Source: Candidatus Omnitrophota bacterium (GTDB lineage: Bacteria > Omnitrophota > Omnitrophia > Omnitrophales > Aquincolibacteriaceae). From it: a DNA stretch of 64,000 nt. Location: assembly GCA_022705945.1 (NCBI GenBank), contig JAKJDL010000007.1, positions 9,000-72,999 of the forward strand, given 5' to 3'. Under the pieces are notes generated by a model. The model saw only the letters and a list, made by a program, of their open reading frames with translations. It made no database searches and was not told the DNA's origin. The translations under genes and the position numbers were made by a program. Below are positions 1-9,720 of this stretch, one piece after another; within the stretch, counting starts at the first letter, position 1; each line of letters starts with the position of its first letter.

Positions 1-67
1 CCAAAATCCCAAAAACACCACCCTTCTCATGAAGACCGCTCCCTGGCTTCTCACCGATCACACGGCA

Positions 68-1987
68 TTATTTATCTTTTTTTTTATCGTCTTCGTCTAC
101 AACTTCGTAATCGGCGTCGACGACACCCTCGTCCTTCTTTTCCGGTTTCGCCTGATCCCCGCCCTTGTTGCCCGCTTTCTTTGCGGCTTCTTCATACATT
201 TTCTGAGCGATCGTATGCGAAGCCGTCGCGAGTTTCTGCGAGGCTTGGTCGATCGTCTCCTTGGAATCGGCCGTCACGGCGGTCTTCGCTTCCTTTAAAG
301 CCTCCTCCACCTTCTTTTTCTCATCTTCCGAGACTTTGTCGCCGTGCTCTTTGAGTGCTTTCTCGGTCGAGTAAATCAAGCTATCCAGCTGGTTGCGGGC
401 CGTGATCACTTCATGCTTCTTTTTGTCCTCGTCCGCATGAGACTGGGCCTCCTTGACCAGCTTCTCGACTTCCTCCTTGGAAAGACCGGAGGACGACTCG
501 ATGCGGATCTTTTGTTCCTTGCCGGTCCCAAGGTCCTTGGCGGACACATGGACGATCCCGTTCGCGTCGATGTCAAAAGTCACTTCGACTTGCGGGACGC
601 CCCTCGGCGCGGGCGGAATCCCTTCGAGGTTGAAAAGCCCGAGCATGCGGTTGTCGTTCGCCATTTCACGCTCGCCCTGGAGCACCTTCACCGTCACTGC
701 GGTCTGATCGTCGGCCGCAGTCGAGAAGATTTCTGATTTTTTTGTCGGGATCGTGGTATTGCGCTCGATCAGTTTCGTCATCACGCCGCCCAGCGTTTCG
801 ATGCCGAGCGAAAGAGGTGTCACGTCAAGCAGGAGGATATCTTTCACATCCCCTTTCAGAACCCCTCCCTGGATTGCGGCACCAAAGGCCACGACTTCAT
901 CGGGATTGACGCCCTGGTGAGGCACCTTCTTGAAAAGTTCCTTGGCTTTTTCCACAACCGCCGGCATACGGGTCATGCCTCCGACCATGATTACCTCATC
1001 AATATCATCCGCAGTGATCCCGGCGTCTTTCATGGCCTTCGTGCAAGGCCCGACGGTCCGCTCTATGAGATCAGCCACAAGCTGCTCGAGCTTCGCCTTC
1101 GTGAGGGTCATCAGGAGGTGCTTCGGGCCGGAGCTGTCGGCGGTAATGAACGGAAGATTGATTTCGGTGCTCTGAGCGGTTGAAAGTTCGCATTTCGCCT
1201 TTTCCGCGGCTTCTTTCAGTCGCTGAATAGCCATTTTGTCTTTCGCGAGGTCAATCCCCTCCTGTTTCTTGAATTCCGCGATGAGCCAATCGATAACCCG
1301 CTGGTCAAAGTCGTCACCGCCCAGGTGGGTATCTCCGTTCGTCGCCTTCACTTCAAAAACCCCTTCGCCGATCTCGAGGATGGAGATGTCGAAAGTTCCG
1401 CCCCCGAGATCGTAAACAGCGATCGTTTCGTCTTTCTTTTTATCCATTCCGTAGGCAAGCGCCGCAGCCGTCGGCTCATTTATGATCCGAAGCACTTCGA
1501 GGCCCGCGATCTGTCCGGCATCTTTGGTCGCCTGGCGCTGGGAGTCATTGAAATAGGCGGGAACGGTGATAACCGCCTGTTTAACGGGCTCCCCGAGATA
1601 CGTCTCGGCGTCCGCCTTGAGTTTCTGAAGGATCATGGCGGATATCTCCGGCGGAGTGAAATCGCGTTTCTCCTGGGGAATCTCGAAGATCGCTTCGCCA
1701 CGCTCTCCGGATTTTACCTTGAACGGAACCATCTGCATTTCATGTCCCGCCTCTTCAAGCCGGCGCCCTATAAAACGCTTTGCGCTAAAAACGGTGTTTT
1801 CCGAGTTCGTGACGGCTTGACGTTTTGCGGTTTGACCGACAAGGCGTTCCTTCGTCTTTGTAAAAGCAACCACAGACGGCGTCGTCCGGTTACCCTCTTT
1901 ATTCGCGATCACTTTCGGATCACCGCCTTCGATGATTGCCATGCACGAGTTGGTGGTGCCGAGATCGATTCCCAATATTTTAGCCAT
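68..1987 (-). CDS. dnaK: Molecular chaperone DnaK (Hsp70)
   Basis: 639 aa; N-terminus [26 protein letters not shown] and other Hsp70 signatures, acidic C-terminal tail. Confidence 0.95.
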   Translation of the reverse strand: MAKILGIDLGTTNSCMAIIEGGDPKVIANKEGNRTTPSVVAFTKTKERLVGQTAKRQAVTNSENTVFSAKRFIGRRLEEAGHEMQMVPFKVKSGERGEAIFEIPQEKRDFTPPEISAMILQKLKADAETYLGEPVKQAVITVPAYFNDSQRQATKDAGQIAGLEVLRIINEPTAAALAYGMDKKKDETIAVYDLGGGTFDISILEIGEGVFEVKATNGDTHLGGDDFDQRVIDWLIAEFKKQEGIDLAKDKMAIQRLKEAAEKAKCELSTAQSTEINLPFITADSSGPKHLLMTLTKAKLEQLVADLIERTVGPCTKAMKDAGITADDIDEVIMVGGMTRMPAVVEKAKELFKKVPHQGVNPDEVVAFGAAIQGGVLKGDVKDILLLDVTPLSLGIETLGGVMTKLIERNTTIPTKKSEIFSTAADDQTAVTVKVLQGEREMANDNRMLGLFNLEGIPPAPRGVPQVEVTFDIDANGIVHVSAKDLGTGKEQKIRIESSSGLSKEEVEKLVKEAQSHADEDKKKHEVITARNQLDSLIYSTEKALKEHGDKVSEDEKKKVEEALKEAKTAVTADSKETIDQASQKLATASHTIAQKMYEEAAKKAGNKGGDQAKPEKKDEGVVDADYEVVDEDDKKKDK

Positions 1988-2040
1988 TTGTACTATCTCC
2001 TTTTTGTGAAGCCGTTTATTGTTATGTTATCGGTTTATCT

Positions 2041-2055
2041 TCAATTAACGTGCCA
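2041..2055 (-). promoter_or_regulatory. Candidate sigma-54 (-24/-12) promoter for dnaK: TGGCACG-N4-TTGAA
   Basis: Minus-strand reading gives TGGCACGTTAATTGAA about 55 nt upstream of the dnaK ATG. GG-N10-GA instead of the consensus GC at -12, so the match is imperfect. Confidence 0.3.
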
Positions 2056-2056
2056 T

Positions 2057-2106
2057 CTTTAAAAAATAATTAAATTTGTAACCATTGATAATGTAACGGG
2101 TTACAA
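2057..2106 (-). terminator. Hairpin TTGTAACC-N15-GGTTACAA followed on the minus strand by TTATTTTTT; terminator-like element after the response-regulator gene, or an operator
   Basis: 8-bp inverted repeat at 2076-2083 / 2099-2106 containing three TGTAAC half-sites, then a U-tract (RC of 2057-2075); it lies between the RR stop at 2186 and the candidate dnaK promoter. Confidence 0.35.
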
Positions 2107-2185
2107 AGCCATCCGGATCGCACCCATTTTGAAAGGAATTATGTGTGTCATTAAGATGCGGTCAAAGTGTGCCGAAAAGGCAGAT

Positions 2186-3544
2186 TTAACCGATCTGATA
2201 TTCGTCAATTTTTCGATAAAGGGTCCGTCTCGAAATACCGAGCTTGTCGGCTGCCATGGATTTGTTGCCTCGTGTCTCCAGCAGGGCGTTTTTGATCAGT
2301 TCGCGTTCCGCGTCGGTAATGGTGGTAACTCCGTTAATAGCGGAGGATGCCGTCCCTCCCGCCTTCCGGAAGCCGCGGATATCCTCGGGGACCTGATCGA
2401 GAGTTAATGTATCGCTTGAACTGAGAACGATCATGCGTTCGATAATATTTTTCAACTCGCGGACATTCCCCGGCCAGCCATAACTCGTCAAGGCCTCCAG
2501 CGCATCTTTCTCGATTCCCCGCAGCTTTTTACCGTTTTGGATTCCGTATTGGCGGATAAAAGCATTCACAAGAGGCCGGATATCCTCCTTGCGTTCCCGG
2601 AGCGGCGGCATTTTGAGGTAGATCACGTTGATCCGGTAATAAAGATCCTCGCGGAAATTCTGTTTTTGAACCTCCGCGATCAGCGTTTTGTTCGTTGCCG
2701 CGATAAGCCGGACATCGACTTTAATGGTTTTAGTCCCGCCGACCCGCTCGAATTCTCCTTCCTGCAGGACCCTGAGAAGCTTGACCTGCGTTTCGCGTGA
2801 GATTTCGCCGATCTCATCCAGGAAAAGGCTTCCCTGATGGGCGCGCTCAAAACGGCCTTTCCTGCGGTCGCCCGCCCCCGTAAAAGCGCCCTTTTCATGA
2901 CCGAAAAGCTCGCTCGAAAGAAGGGTTTCCGTCAGGGCGGCGCAATGAACGGCGATGAACGGATACTGCTTGCGGTAGCTCATTTCATGAATTCTCCGGG
3001 CAATCAGTTCCTTCCCCGTCCCGCTTTCCCCTTCGATCAGGACCGATGCGTTGGAAACCGCGATTTTGTCCACGGTTTTCAAAAGCTCCTTCATTTTCGG
3101 CGATTCGGCAATAAGAGTGCCTTCATGATACTTTTCGGTAAAAAGTTCGCGTCGAAGTTCGATATTCTCCTCTTCAAGCTGATGACTGCTGAAAGCTTTT
3201 TTGACGAGGAATTCGAGCTCTTCGAGATTAACCGGCTTGGTGAGATAGTAAAAAGCACCTTTTTTCATCGATTTGACGGCATCTTCCACGGACCCGTAGG
3301 CAGTAAGTAAAATCACCTTGGCGGAAGGCTTTTCGGCCTTGATTTTCTCCAGAAGGGTTACCCCGTCCATCTCGGGCATCCGGATATCCGCGATCACAAG
3401 ATCGGGATTCTCTTCTTTAAAAACATCGAACCCTTCCTTGCCGTTCGCCGCGGTAACAACATCATAATCGAGCGCCTGCAGGAACTGGGTCAGGCCTTTC
3501 CGTGAATTGGAATCGTCTTCGACCAGCAAGATCGTTTCAAACAT
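2186..3544 (-). CDS. Sigma-54-dependent response regulator (NtrC/AtoC family bacterial enhancer-binding protein)
   Basis: REC domain (ADIRMPEMDG), AAA+ sigma-54 activation domain with GESGTGKE Walker A and GAFTGA motif, C-terminal Fis-type HTH; AGGAGG RBS 9 nt upstream. Confidence 0.9.
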   Translation of the reverse strand: MFETILLVEDDSNSRKGLTQFLQALDYDVVTAANGKEGFDVFKEENPDLVIADIRMPEMDGVTLLEKIKAEKPSAKVILLTAYGSVEDAVKSMKKGAFYYLTKPVNLEELEFLVKKAFSSHQLEEENIELRRELFTEKYHEGTLIAESPKMKELLKTVDKIAVSNASVLIEGESGTGKELIARRIHEMSYRKQYPFIAVHCAALTETLLSSELFGHEKGAFTGAGDRRKGRFERAHQGSLFLDEIGEISRETQVKLLRVLQEGEFERVGGTKTIKVDVRLIAATNKTLIAEVQKQNFREDLYYRINVIYLKMPPLRERKEDIRPLVNAFIRQYGIQNGKKLRGIEKDALEALTSYGWPGNVRELKNIIERMIVLSSSDTLTLDQVPEDIRGFRKAGGTASSAINGVTTITDAERELIKNALLETRGNKSMAADKLGISRRTLYRKIDEYQIG

Positions 3545-4727
3545 GGCGGGTCATTCCTCCTTTAGTCATCGGATAGCTGGGGAGCTGTTTTTGCGGTTCG
3601 CGAACCGGCAGGAAGACCTTGAACGTCGTCCCTTTTTTCTGCTTGCTCGCTACTTCAATCCGGCCGCCGTGCTCGGTGACGGCATCATAGACCATCATCA
3701 GCCCGAGACCGGAGCCTTCTTCTTTTGTCGTGTAGTAAATATCAAAAATTTTATGGAAATCCTTCGCGGGAATGCCGCATCCCGTGTCCCGTATCGAAAC
3801 AATCGCGCAATTCCCCTTACGCGTCACCGTAATTCTTAACTCTCCCCCGCCGCGCATGGCTTCCATGGCATTTTTTATGAGATTCATAAATGCGTGATAG
3901 AGGCGTTCCCGGTCCATGAGAAAAGCCGGAAGCTCCGGATCCCTCGCAAACTGCATCCGGATTCGGGCGGATTCAAGCTCGGGTCGCAGAAAATTGACGG
4001 CATCCGCGATCACATCATTGAGATCGTCGATCCGGAAGCGGAGCGGCGGTTTCCGCGTGGCCTTGAGGAAGTTCCGTATGATCCGGTCCAGGCGCTTTGT
4101 CTCCTGCTGGATATCGTTCAAATTATCCTCGATCTCGCCCCGCTTAGGCTCCGGAAGACCCTTGAGACGTTTTTTGAGAAGCTCAAGATGGATCGTGATC
4201 GCGTTCAGCGGATTACCGATTTCATGTGCGATCCCTCCGGCAAGACGGATAAGGCTCTCCATCCGCTGCAGCATGGCCGTTTCGAATTCCTGCTCGGACT
4301 GCGCGGTGATATCCGCAAGCAAAACGAGGACCCCCGCTTCATCGCCCACCGCATACGGGGTCAACGTCACGCGAAGCTCGGTTTCGCGCGGGAAAAGAAT
4401 CTTGATATCTGATACGATCCGTCCGGAAATGCCGGCAACGCTGCTTTCAAGAAACTCCCCTAGGCGGGTATCCATGGAAAGATCCCATGCATGGTTATTC
4501 GACGGAGACCTTCCGGGAAGTGAAAACCAGTCTTCGGCTTTCCGGTTAATAAAACGCGTGATCCCTTTGGAATCCAGGAGAAGGACACCTTCCTCGAGAT
4601 TTTGACAGACATGGCGGAATAAAAGGCTTTCCTGGACAGAATCATAAAGTTTCTGGTAAAGAGAGTCCTTTTCGACGTTCGAAAGCCGCGAGCGGAGCTT
4701 CTTTAGAAAATCCATTTTTGCCGTCAT
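3537..4727 (-). CDS. Cytoplasmic PAS-domain sensor histidine kinase (NtrB-like)
   Basis: H-box HEIGNPLNAI, HATPase_c motifs (DTGCGI, GSGLGL), no TM segments; start overlaps the trpF stop (ATGA) and the stop overlaps the RR start. Confidence 0.85.
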   Translation of the reverse strand: MTAKMDFLKKLRSRLSNVEKDSLYQKLYDSVQESLLFRHVCQNLEEGVLLLDSKGITRFINRKAEDWFSLPGRSPSNNHAWDLSMDTRLGEFLESSVAGISGRIVSDIKILFPRETELRVTLTPYAVGDEAGVLVLLADITAQSEQEFETAMLQRMESLIRLAGGIAHEIGNPLNAITIHLELLKKRLKGLPEPKRGEIEDNLNDIQQETKRLDRIIRNFLKATRKPPLRFRIDDLNDVIADAVNFLRPELESARIRMQFARDPELPAFLMDRERLYHAFMNLIKNAMEAMRGGGELRITVTRKGNCAIVSIRDTGCGIPAKDFHKIFDIYYTTKEEGSGLGLMMVYDAVTEHGGRIEVASKQKKGTTFKVFLPVREPQKQLPSYPMTKGGMTRHV

Positions 4728-5350
4728 GCCAAATTCCTCACAATGGAAATAAACTGCCGCAGTTGTTGGGGGTCCTTGAGACCGGGAGAAGATTCAACCC
4801 CGCTCGCGACATCAACCGCAAACGGTTGGACAGTTCGAATGGCATTTGCGACATTTGAAGCGTTCAGACCTCCGGCCAAAAAGAGCTTCTCATGAACGTA
4901 GGGTTTGTCCTCGATAATCCCCCAGTCGAAGATCTGTCCGGTCCCTCCTCTTTCCGAAGGGGCATAAGAATCAAAAAGAAAAGCGCCGACGTTATATTCG
5001 TCGATCCGTTTGAGACTCATCGCGTCTTTGACGCGGAATGTTTTGATAACCTCATAACCCTGTCTGGTGAAGTGATCGCAGTAAAGGGCCGTCTCCTCGC
5101 CGTGGAATTGCAGGTATTTGAGTCCGAGCGCCGCCGCGATCTTTTCAACATCATTTTTGGGCCGGTTGACAAAAACACCGACCGTATTTGTGAAACCGCC
5201 GAGCCCGTCCATGATAGCGCGCGCCTGCTCCGGGGTGACCGCCCGCTTGCTTGACGGAACAAAAATGAAACCGAGGTAATCCGCCCCGCAATCGACGGCA
5301 AGCTTCGCGTTTTCCAGATTCGTGTTCCCGCAAATCTTGATTCGGGTCAT
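4724..5350 (-). CDS. trpF: Phosphoribosylanthranilate isomerase
   Basis: MTRIKICGNTNLENAKLAVDCGADYLGFIF; start taken at the internal ATG at 5350 (cat at 5348-5350), since the ORF extension upstream has no homology. Confidence 0.85.
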   Translation of the reverse strand: MTRIKICGNTNLENAKLAVDCGADYLGFIFVPSSKRAVTPEQARAIMDGLGGFTNTVGVFVNRPKNDVEKIAAALGLKYLQFHGEETALYCDHFTRQGYEVIKTFRVKDAMSLKRIDEYNVGAFLFDSYAPSERGGTGQIFDWGIIEDKPYVHEKLFLAGGLNASNVANAIRTVQPFAVDVASGVESSPGLKDPQQLRQFISIVRNLA

Positions 5351-5351
5351 T

Positions 5352-6152
5352 TCAGGAAAGTCCGGGCCCCTTTTTCCCGAGAAGCCGTTGAAGGGACTGC
5401 GCGATATCCGGTGATCTGATAAGCGAGGTGCCCACCAAAAAGGCGCTCGCACCGAGACTCTTATACATCATCAATTCGTCATAGCTGCTGAGCCCGCTCT
5501 CAATGACAACCGCGATCCCCTTCGGGATGCGGGAGATCATATTTGTTGCCAAATTCGGGTCCACGGTGAGGGTTTTAAGATTCCGGTTATTAATTCCGAT
5601 GATGCGGGCGCCGGCATTAACGGCTTTTTTCATATCGTATTCGGTGTGAATTTCGACCAGCGCGTCCATTCCGAGCGAACGGCCCAGCTCGAGAAACTCC
5701 TTGAGTTCATTCTCGGAAAGGATGGATGCGATCAAAAGAAACGCATCGGCTTCGAGAATGGCGGTTTCATAGATTTGATACTTTTCGATTATGAAATCCT
5801 TCCGCAAAAGCGGGATAGTTGTGACTTGACGGACCGTTTTGAGATAACTCGGCCGTCCCTTGAAAAAATGGGACTCCGTAAGAATCGAGATCGCGCAAGC
5901 GCCGGCGTATTCGTAAAGACTTGCGATCCTGAGCGGCTGGAAATCTTCACGAATAACTCCGTGGGAAGGTGAGGCTTTTTTCAGTTCTGCAATCACATTA
6001 AGATGACGCGTCCCGGTCACGGCAGCAACAAAAGACCGGGATCGCGTACGCGGCGTGCTTTCCACGATCCTCTGGAGCCTGGAAATCGGCAGCCTCTGTT
6101 TAAACTCCTCAAGATCTTTTCTTTTTTGAAGAAGGATATCGTTCAGAATCAT
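5352..6152 (-). CDS. trpC: Indole-3-glycerol-phosphate synthase
   Basis: 266 aa; ILNDILLQKRKDLEE, VIAELKKASPSHGVIRE, IGINNRNLKT motifs. Confidence 0.9.
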   Translation of the reverse strand: MILNDILLQKRKDLEEFKQRLPISRLQRIVESTPRTRSRSFVAAVTGTRHLNVIAELKKASPSHGVIREDFQPLRIASLYEYAGACAISILTESHFFKGRPSYLKTVRQVTTIPLLRKDFIIEKYQIYETAILEADAFLLIASILSENELKEFLELGRSLGMDALVEIHTEYDMKKAVNAGARIIGINNRNLKTLTVDPNLATNMISRIPKGIAVVIESGLSSYDELMMYKSLGASAFLVGTSLIRSPDIAQSLQRLLGKKGPGLS

Positions 6153-6153
6153 A

Positions 6154-7170
6154 TCAGTGCGACCAGGCTTTCAACTGACTAAGAACGCGCAAGGCGCTGC
6201 CCGAATCAATCGACCGCTCGGCAAGCCGGATCCCCTCCCGGACGGTCTTTGCCTTTTGACAGATCAAAAGCCCGTAGGCGGCATTTAAAATAATGGTGTC
6301 CCGAGCCGGGCCCTTGTCACGGCCGGTCAGGATATTTTCGGATCTTCGTTTGCTTTCCTCAACCGAATCGACCGTCAGATCCACAGCCCTGGCGCTCTTG
6401 AGACCCAAGGCCTTGGGACGGATCGTTGACATACGGACCTGGTTCGGCGTGATCCACGCAGTGGAAGTCGGCGCGGACGTTGAGATCTCGTCCATGCCGT
6501 CCCGGCTGTGACAGATCAGCGCCTGTTTGCGGCCGAGCTTCGCAAGAACCTTCGCGTAGAGCGGGAGCAACCGTTTTTCGCCGACGCCGACAAGCTGATA
6601 ATCCAGCCGCAAGGGATTAACCAGGGGCCCGAGAAGATTAAGGATCGTGGGGCGTTTCAGGGACCGGCGAAGGGCCTGCATTTTTGAAAAAACGGGATGG
6701 TGATAAGGGGCGTGGAAATAGCCGAGTCCGGACCGCCGGGTCGCAAGAACCATACGCTTGCGCGACGCGGAAAGCTTTACGCCAAAAGCTTCCATGAGGT
6801 CTGAACTTCCTGACCTAGACGATATGGCACGATTACCGTGCTTGGCGATCTTTCCTCCGGCACCCGCAATGACCAGAGCGACGAGGGTTGAAATATTGAG
6901 CGTGCGTCGGCCGTCACCGCCCGTGCCGCAGGTGTCCATGACGCCGCGGATTGAAGCGCCCTTTTGGATCTTTTCCAGGGTCTGCAGGGCCTGGACACAT
7001 CCGAGAAGCTCATCGGCAGTCTCTCCTTTGCGGCTGAGAAGGAGCAAAAAACTTTTCGATTTCTCGAAAGGAATCCGCTCCGTAAAAAGCCAGGTGAATG
7101 ACCGCCTCGCCCCCGCCATGAGGCGGATCAACATTCGATCAAACCATAGAGGGGTAGTGCGTTTGTTCAT
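6154..7170 (-). CDS. trpD: Anthranilate phosphoribosyltransferase
   Basis: [29 protein letters not shown] motifs; start MNKRT at 7170 forms an ATGA overlap with the trpG stop. Confidence 0.85.
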   Translation of the reverse strand: MNKRTTPLWFDRMLIRLMAGARRSFTWLFTERIPFEKSKSFLLLLSRKGETADELLGCVQALQTLEKIQKGASIRGVMDTCGTGGDGRRTLNISTLVALVIAGAGGKIAKHGNRAISSRSGSSDLMEAFGVKLSASRKRMVLATRRSGLGYFHAPYHHPVFSKMQALRRSLKRPTILNLLGPLVNPLRLDYQLVGVGEKRLLPLYAKVLAKLGRKQALICHSRDGMDEISTSAPTSTAWITPNQVRMSTIRPKALGLKSARAVDLTVDSVEESKRRSENILTGRDKGPARDTIILNAAYGLLICQKAKTVREGIRLAERSIDSGSALRVLSQLKAWSH

Positions 7171-7736
7171 TGGGAGAGGCCCAAAAAGTTTTTCAACAGG
7201 CGCATGCCGGATTCCGTCATAATCGATTCGGGGTGAAACTGGACGCCCCAGGTCGGGTGTGTGCGGTGCTTGAGTCCCATGATCTCCCCTTCCCCTGTCC
7301 GGGCGATCACTTTCAGAACTTTCGGCAGCGAACATTTTTCGACAAGAAGCGAGTGATAACGCGTGGCAATAAACGGATTTGAAATGCTCCGGAAGAGAGG
7401 ATCATTCGTGTGATAAATCTTCGAGGTCTTTCCGTGCATGATGTTCCTGGCCCGGACGACCTTGCCGCCAAACGCATGACCGAGACATTGGTGGCCGAGA
7501 CAAACCCCGAGGATCGGGATTTTGCCGCTGAAGGTCAGTATCGCCTCGCAGGAAATTCCTGCCTCTTTGGGGGTGCAGGGTCCGGGTGAAACGACGATTG
7601 CGCGAGGAGTGAGGCGTTTGATCTTCTGAACCGTAATCTCGTCATTACGGAAAACGCAGGGATCCGCATCGAGCTCGCCGAGATACTGGACGAGGTTATA
7701 AGTAAACGAATCATAATTATCGATAACAACAAGCAC
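7167..7736 (-). CDS. trpG: Anthranilate synthase component II (glutamine amidotransferase)
   Basis: 189 aa; [26 protein letters not shown] catalytic Cys, GVQFHPES. Confidence 0.85.
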   Translation of the reverse strand: MLVVIDNYDSFTYNLVQYLGELDADPCVFRNDEITVQKIKRLTPRAIVVSPGPCTPKEAGISCEAILTFSGKIPILGVCLGHQCLGHAFGGKVVRARNIMHGKTSKIYHTNDPLFRSISNPFIATRYHSLLVEKCSLPKVLKVIARTGEGEIMGLKHRTHPTWGVQFHPESIMTESGMRLLKNFLGLSQ

Positions 7737-9208
7737 TAGAAAAGATTCCTTTCTTCGATCGCCTTGAGGAGCGCCTTTGATTTATTGACGGTCTCTTCGT
7801 ATTCGCGGCGGGGGTTTGAGTCCTTCACGATTCCCGCTCCGGCCTGGATAAACATTTGATTGCCGGCAAGCATGAGCGTCCGGATCGTGATGCACATATC
7901 CATATTGCCGTCGTACCCGATATAGCCGAGACAGCCGCCGTAAGGGCCGCGGGACTCGGGCTCAAGCTCATCGATGATCTGCATCGCGCGTATCTTCGGA
8001 GCACCGGAAAGCGTTCCGGCGGGAAACGTCGCACGCAAAAGGTCGGCGGCCGACTTCCCGGCCTTGAGATGCCCCTGGACGCGGCTGACAAGATGCATGA
8101 CATGCGAGTAGCGTTCCACAAAAGCGAAGCGGTCCACCTTGACAGACTTATATTCGGAGACGCGGCCGAGGTCATTTCGGCCGAGGTCCACGAGCATCAG
8201 GTGTTCGGCCATTTCCTTGTGGGAGGCCAGGAGGCTCTTTTCCAGCCTGAGGTCCGCGGCTTCGTCTTTTCCGCGCGGCCGGGTGCCGGCAATAGGCCGC
8301 ACTTCCGCGAGCCGTCCCGTCTTTTTGACCAGCATTTCCGGCGATGATCCGATCAGCCGGTAAGAACCACTCCGGAAATAGAACATGTAGGGCGAGGGGT
8401 TGATCGATCGGAGCGACCGGTAGATCTGGAAATCGTTGCCGCGATGGCGCAGCCTGAAGCGCTGGGATGGAACGACCTGGATACAATCCCCCGCGCGGAT
8501 GTATTCCTTGATCTTCCGGACATTGTTTTCGAACTGGGCCCGCGTCATATTCGGCGTGATCCTGAGACCGGACGTCATCCTCGTCGATTTCGGCACCCTT
8601 AACGGCCGCGCCAATTTGTGGCGATATTTCGACATCTGCCGGAGGCCGCTCCGGTATGCGGATTCCGCGCTCGCGTATTTATCGCGATCGATCAAGATCA
8701 CGATCGACAGGGTTTTCCGGAAATGGTCAAAAACCACAAAATCCTCGACCCTGAAAAAGATACCGGGCGGAAATCCGGGGCCTCTTTTGGAAGTGAGACG
8801 GATCTTTTCAAAATCCGAGACGTTCTCGTAAGACAGATAGCCCACAAATCCGCCGGGAAATCCCGGGAAAGACTCCGGATTCGCAAGCCGTTTCGCCCTT
8901 AGGTTTTCTTCGATCACCTCAAGCATCTTGGCGCCCTTGAGCCATTTCCCGCGTCCCCCCTTCGTGACCATGACACCGTCCCTTGATGACTCATACACGG
9001 CGGCGGGTTCAATCCCGAGAAAAGAAAAACGTCCGATTTTTTCTTCCTGTTCCGCGGATTCCAGCAGAAAAGCGTGCCGGGCCTTGTCGGCAACCTTCAA
9101 AAAGCTCGAAACCGGCGTCTCGAGATCGGCCGGAAAAGTCTCGGTCAGGGCGATCAGATTTCCTTTCCGGCTAAGCTTTTTGAATGTTGCGAGGTCGGGC
9201 GTGATCAT
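7736..9208 (-). CDS. trpE: Anthranilate synthase component I
   Basis: 490 aa chorismate-binding enzyme; [14 protein letters not shown] motifs; overlaps the hisI stop. Confidence 0.9.
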   Translation of the reverse strand: MITPDLATFKKLSRKGNLIALTETFPADLETPVSSFLKVADKARHAFLLESAEQEEKIGRFSFLGIEPAAVYESSRDGVMVTKGGRGKWLKGAKMLEVIEENLRAKRLANPESFPGFPGGFVGYLSYENVSDFEKIRLTSKRGPGFPPGIFFRVEDFVVFDHFRKTLSIVILIDRDKYASAESAYRSGLRQMSKYRHKLARPLRVPKSTRMTSGLRITPNMTRAQFENNVRKIKEYIRAGDCIQVVPSQRFRLRHRGNDFQIYRSLRSINPSPYMFYFRSGSYRLIGSSPEMLVKKTGRLAEVRPIAGTRPRGKDEAADLRLEKSLLASHKEMAEHLMLVDLGRNDLGRVSEYKSVKVDRFAFVERYSHVMHLVSRVQGHLKAGKSAADLLRATFPAGTLSGAPKIRAMQIIDELEPESRGPYGGCLGYIGYDGNMDMCITIRTLMLAGNQMFIQAGAGIVKDSNPRREYEETVNKSKALLKAIEERNLF

Positions 9209-9594
9209 TTCTTGTAGACTTGGGACGGATCAAAAACTTTTTCCTGCGTGACGCGGGCGATGTCGCCGCTGTCATTCAGTTCGTGGACGAAGCAACTCCG
9301 GTAACCGAGATGGCAGGCACCGCCTTTTTTCTGGGTAACGCGGATCAGGAGCGTATCTTTGTCGCAATCCGTCAGGACCTGGACCACATCCTGCGTGTGT
9401 CCGGACTCCTCCCCTTTGACCCAGTATTTATTGCGGGACCGTGAATAGAAAACCGTGTGTTTTTCTTTGAGTGTCCTCTCCACAGCGATTTTATTCACAT
9501 ACGCAAGCATCAGAACCTCACCGGATTCCGAATCCTGAATGATTGCAGGCAAAAGCCCCTGCTCGTTAAACCTAAGATCTTCCATTGAACGCAT
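9205..9594 (-). CDS. hisI: Phosphoribosyl-AMP cyclohydrolase (monofunctional; no HisE domain)
   Basis: 129 aa; GLLPAIIQD, CHLGYRSCF motif; probable start at the second ATG (9585) given the RBS spacing. Confidence 0.85.
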   Translation of the reverse strand: MRSMEDLRFNEQGLLPAIIQDSESGEVLMLAYVNKIAVERTLKEKHTVFYSRSRNKYWVKGEESGHTQDVVQVLTDCDKDTLLIRVTQKKGGACHLGYRSCFVHELNDSGDIARVTQEKVFDPSQVYKK

Positions 9595-9655
9595 CTCCTT
9601 TAAACAAGAGAGTTACGGGAAAATGACCAGCCGAATTCTAATCAAATCGGACTTG

Positions 9656-9684
9656 AGTATGCCCGCAATCAAAGAATGTGTCAA
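9656..9684 (-). promoter_or_regulatory. Candidate sigma-70 promoter TTGACA-17-CATACT upstream of hisI
   Basis: -35 TTGACA is the RC of 9679-9684, the spacer is 17 nt, -10 CATACT is the RC of 9656-9661; about 70 nt upstream of the hisI start. Confidence 0.4.
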
Positions 9685-9720
9685 GTGGATACACTTCAAG
9701 CCGGGCGTGGAGGGAACAGT

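Noticed and set aside
2076-2106. Inverted repeat upstream of dnaK considered as a CIRCE (HrcA) or HAIR (HspR) heat-shock operator
   Set aside because: The sequence TTGTAACC-N15-GGTTACAA matches neither TTAGCACTC-N9-GAGTGCTAA nor CTTGAGT-N7-ACTCAAG. I report it as a terminator/operator candidate instead.
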